Below are positions 59,248 through 64,000 of a stretch of DNA of 64,000 nt, in pieces (within the stretch, counting starts at the first letter, position 1; each line of letters starts with the position of its first letter). The stretch lies in contig CP068257.2 of the NCBI GenBank assembly GCA_009914755.4, positions 34,784,001-34,848,000 of the forward strand, written 5' to 3'. The stretch comes from the human T2T-CHM13v2.0 reference genome, Homo sapiens. Position numbers and translations under genes: made by a program. The notes under the pieces were generated by a model. That model saw only the letters and a program-made list of their open reading frames with translations, made no database searches and was not told the DNA's origin.

Positions 59248-59253
59248 TTTATT
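59248..59253 (-). terminator. CLDN14: candidate CLDN14 polyadenylation signal (AATAAA on the - strand)
   Basis: Plus-strand tttatt at 59248-59253 lies ~325 nt 3' of the stop codon in - orientation. No other canonical hexamer lies between the stop and the Alu at 58860. Confidence 0.45.
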
Positions 59254-59576
59254 CCTGGATCACAAACCAACCCCACTGACCAAACTCCCAAGTCACTTTA
59301 TATTAAACTTGTTATCAAATCACCCACATAAATATATATAATAAATACAAAAACAGACAGGATTTTTTTTTTCAGTCTTTGGTATAGAGAGCTTTCTCCT
59401 CCTCTTATTTCCCCCTCTGTCCCTGTGCTCTAAAGACATTTCCTCGCATTCACATTATTTCCTTGGATACAAAAATTGCCCAGAAGTAAACTTTGTGCTG
59501 GAACCCCTGCCTCCATTGACAGTCCCGCCGGGGACCCAGCCCACAGCAGCCCAGGGGAGAAGCAGGCTGTGGGGAC

Positions 59577-60420
<844 letters not shown>

Positions 60421-61217
60421 GGGTTAAAGATTATCTCATGCACTTATTTCTGTCACCGAAACCAAGTTTTTCATAGGTGGTTGGTGTGGCAATTAGCATG
60501 TTCTCAAAAATAGTTTCTGAGACTTCACTGGGTGGGAGAGTAACTGCTTTCCTGGGAAGGTGGGATCTGAAGGGATGACAGCCGGACGCTGGCCTCAGGG
60601 AAGGGTTCCAGCCACCTGCCGGAAGTTCTGCTTATGTCCACCCTTGAGCACTGCTGCTGCATTGGCATCTCCTGTCCTTCCTGGTTCATCAGTAACCAGG
60701 AATAACAGTTGTTAAATCAACATGTATTATTCATGCCTTGGACTGACAGTGCTAAGGTGTGTGCCAGCTGTGACTTAGAATATAGCCCTGGGCGGTTGTC
60801 AGGATGAGGGGTTTTCTGAAGTAGGCAACTTCCCCACCCACGTGCTCGGGCAGGGAGAGGTTTAGTCCCCTCGGCAAGTCAGATGCTGCCTTCAGAATTC
60901 CAGAGCTGGATGTGACCTAGAGATTGTCAGCTGATGCCGGGGCAGGAATTTCCAAGGTCACAGCTCCTCAGGAGCTGCGGCAGGAGCACGGGCCAGCATC
61001 CCTCCTCTCCAGCACGGACCTCCGCTCCCAACACGCTCCCCATTCACTATGCCTGCTTGTGACTGGTGAGGGCTGTCCGAGGGTGACTTTATTATAAAAC
61101 AGAGGCTGCTACCTGGCTTTCAGGGATATGGGAATGCTGAGCCCTTTCAAAGGCTTTTAAAGAATTCTTAGCATACCAAAATCCAGGATACTTTTTCGGG
61201 ACAAGGACCCAGCATCA

Positions 61218-61736
<519 letters not shown>

Positions 61737-62035
61737 TCAGCGAGACCGGGCATTAGCAGCGAGCATTAGGAGGTCCCAGCCCTGGCTGCGCCCATCCAGT
61801 GGGCGACCTGGGGCTCAGCTTCTTTTTTGGTTCTGAAGGGAGAAAAGGGAAGCGTCTCTGCTGATGACAAGTCACTTCAGCGTCCCAAACCAGCAAAGAA
61901 TCAGTAGGCAAAACCTGCTTCTTCTTCTGCAGAGAGCTGAGCCTCAGTTAAGCAGTGCAGGCTGCAGGCAGGAAAAGCGGGTCTGCAGGGTGTTGCCCAT
62001 GAGACCCTGGGACATTGTCAAGAAATCCCCATCGG

Positions 62036-62335
62036 GGCTCGGCGGCTCACGCCTGTAATCCCAGCACTTTGGGAGGCTAAGGCGGGTGGATCGCTTAAGG
62101 TCAGGAGTTTGAGACCAGCCTGGCCAACATGGTGAAAACCTGCCTCTACTAAAAATACAAAAATTAGCTGATCGATGGTTGTGTGCACCTGTCATCCCAG
62201 CTACTCAGGAGGCTGAGGCAGGAGAATCGCTTGAACCGGGAGGCGGAGGTTTCAGTGAGACTGGATCATGCCATTGCACTCCAGCCTGGGCAACAGAGCA
62301 AGACTCTGTCTTGAAAAATAAATAAAATAAAATGA
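62036..62335 (+). mobile_element. Alu SINE with (aaata)n tail
   Basis: ggctcggcggctcacgcctgtaatcccagcactttgggaggctaaggcgggtgg ... Confidence 0.9.
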
Positions 62336-62587
62336 AATAAAATAAATCAATAAATAAATCCTCTACTAGATGTAAATCACTTGGTAAGTAAATAATTAAT
62401 AACTGATGCTTCCACTGGGAGTCTAAACCATCATCTTGCTAATTTAAAAACATATACTGGGTTTAAATACTTTGGCATTGTAGGAGGTAATTGGTTCTGT
62501 CCTGGTGAATGAACAAACAAAAATAAATAATAACAAAACAACGTGGTGCCTCACAGGACACGGAGTGGACTGAAGGTGTGTCCAGGT

Positions 62588-62985
62588 GATAGGGTTTGGA
62601 TTTGTGTCCCCACCCAAATCTCATGTCGAATGGCAGTCCCCAGTGTTGGAGGAAGGGCCTGGTGGGAAGCAAATGAATCACGGGGGTGGACCTCCCCCTT
62701 GCTCTTCTTGTGATAGTGAGTGAGTTCTCACGAGATCTGGTTGTTTAAAAGTGTGCAGCACCTGCCTGCTCCCCTCTCTCTCTTCCTCCTTCTCCGGCCG
62801 TGTCATGCCTGCTTCCCCTTTGCCTTCTGCCGTGATTGTAAGTTTCCTAAGGCCTCCCCAGCCACGCTTCCTGTACAGCTTGTGAGAGCCAATGAAACCT
62901 CTTTTCTTTATAAATTAACCAGTCTCAGGTAGTTCTTTGACTCAGGTTGCATTGCGAGAACGGACTGATACACCGAGTATTTTTC
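62588..62985 (+). mobile_element. MaLR solo LTR (MST/THE1-like, diverged)
   Basis: tgatagggtttggatttgtgtccccacccaaatctcatgtcgaatggcagtcccc ... gccttctgccgtgattgtaag...cctccccagcc...aaacctcttttctttataaattaaccagtctcaggtag...gaacggactgatacac parallels the THE1 LTR termini (TGATATGGTTTGGCTGTGTCCCCACCCAAATCTCAT ... GGACTAATACA). Confidence 0.6.
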
Positions 62986-64000
62986 TGCTGCTGTTTTTCT
63001 GCTGCTGCTTTGGGTGACTATTTGTTCACAGCCCAGAATTTGCCACACGCACTATGCACGATGCTGGCTTTGCACAAAGCCTCTCTTCCCTCCACTCAGC
63101 AAGCACTCACTCTGTCCAGGGGCTAGGGACGCCATCACAGTCCCTGCTGGCCAGAGAAGGACCGGGGCCGGCTGTCCTATGCTCACTGCCCTGGGGGAGG
63201 TGCTGGCAACAAGGCCAAGGTGGCCACCCTGATAGGCACAGCCAGAGGGGGTGCCAGCGGACCCACCCTGCACCCTGAGCACACCGATGGCACCAGCTGA
63301 CTGAGCCTGAGCATGGTTTGAACACTGACACATTTCCTAGTTTATTCCCAACAACCTAATGTGGCAGTGACTGTTACCATCCCCTTTTTACACATGGGGA
63401 AACGAGAGGAGCAGAGGATGAAAGTTCTGTGCCTGGCCTGGCTAGTGTTCTCCTTGCTGTCATTTCCCCTTTAAGAAACACTACCTGCTTCAATGACATA
63501 GGACTGAAGTTAGTGTAAGGGCTGAGGGATGGTGTGAGCAACAGATTCTCCTTCCCACAGAGATCTCAGAACAATGGCCTTGCCCCTTTTGCAGTGGTTT
63601 GGGCAGCCAGGGCAACCAACTGCCCTGCTTTGCTAGGGACTGAGGGGTTGCCCAGGACAGGGACCTTCAGGGCTGAAACTAAGACAGTCCCAAGGAAACC
63701 AGGACCAGAGGCTCCTCCAGGTGCCCAGATCTCCGAATGGCCTCTGAGATCTCTTCCTGCCCTGCTTTGAGGCTGCCTCAAGGCTGACGGCCACACAGGG
63801 TGTCCCTGGTCCAAGCATAATGGGGCTTCTTGCAGCTCTCACTGTCAAGGTCAATAATTAAGTATACAGACCCTAAAGAATGTGGCATAAAAGCCAAGCC
63901 CATTAGGCTAGGCAAGTGGACCAGAGGTTTATTGGAGGTCTAAATATTTATGGAGAGCAATGATGGCTAATTTTAGAAACCATTAGGTTGCTATTTTTAA

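Overview
This window is human (primate) nuclear genomic DNA, not a prokaryotic or phage locus. No operon, defence island, CRISPR array or novel system is present. The coding content matches the tail-to-tail CHAF1B-CLDN14 interval that I recall lies on chromosome 21q22.13. On the + strand (1..~15.4 kb) the window holds the last seven coding exons of CHAF1B, the p60 subunit of chromatin assembly factor 1. All splice junctions are in phase with canonical GT/AG, the stop codon is at 14943..14945, and an ATTAAA polyadenylation signal sits about 450 nt downstream. On the - strand, 59577..60296 is the complete, intact 239-codon open reading frame (720 nt, stop at 59577..59579) of claudin-14 (CLDN14). 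It starts at a strong Kozak ATG, is preceded by a plausible 3' splice acceptor, and is followed by an AATAAA signal about 330 nt after the stop. The rest of the window (~44 kb intergenic plus introns) is ordinary Alu-dense euchromatin. I mapped about 70 Alu copies, many with identifiable target-site duplications. There are also several L1 fragments, including one with a twin-priming signature, and two MaLR (THE1/MST-like) solo LTRs. Low-complexity features include an AT-rich minisatellite, several microsatellites and a ~145-bp polypurine tract upstream of CLDN14. Nearly all six-frame ORFs in the supplied track are Alu or L1 read-through, or GC-rich out-of-frame artefacts. The observations worth a second look are structural and regulatory. 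They are a ~260-bp inverted-repeat pair flanking a 2.1-kb repeat-filled segment, a GGAA-rich polypurine tract in the CLDN14 5' region, young Alu insertions with perfect target-site duplications, and repeat-free GC-rich blocks that could be regulatory elements. All coordinates for repeats are approximate, within ~5-10 bp.
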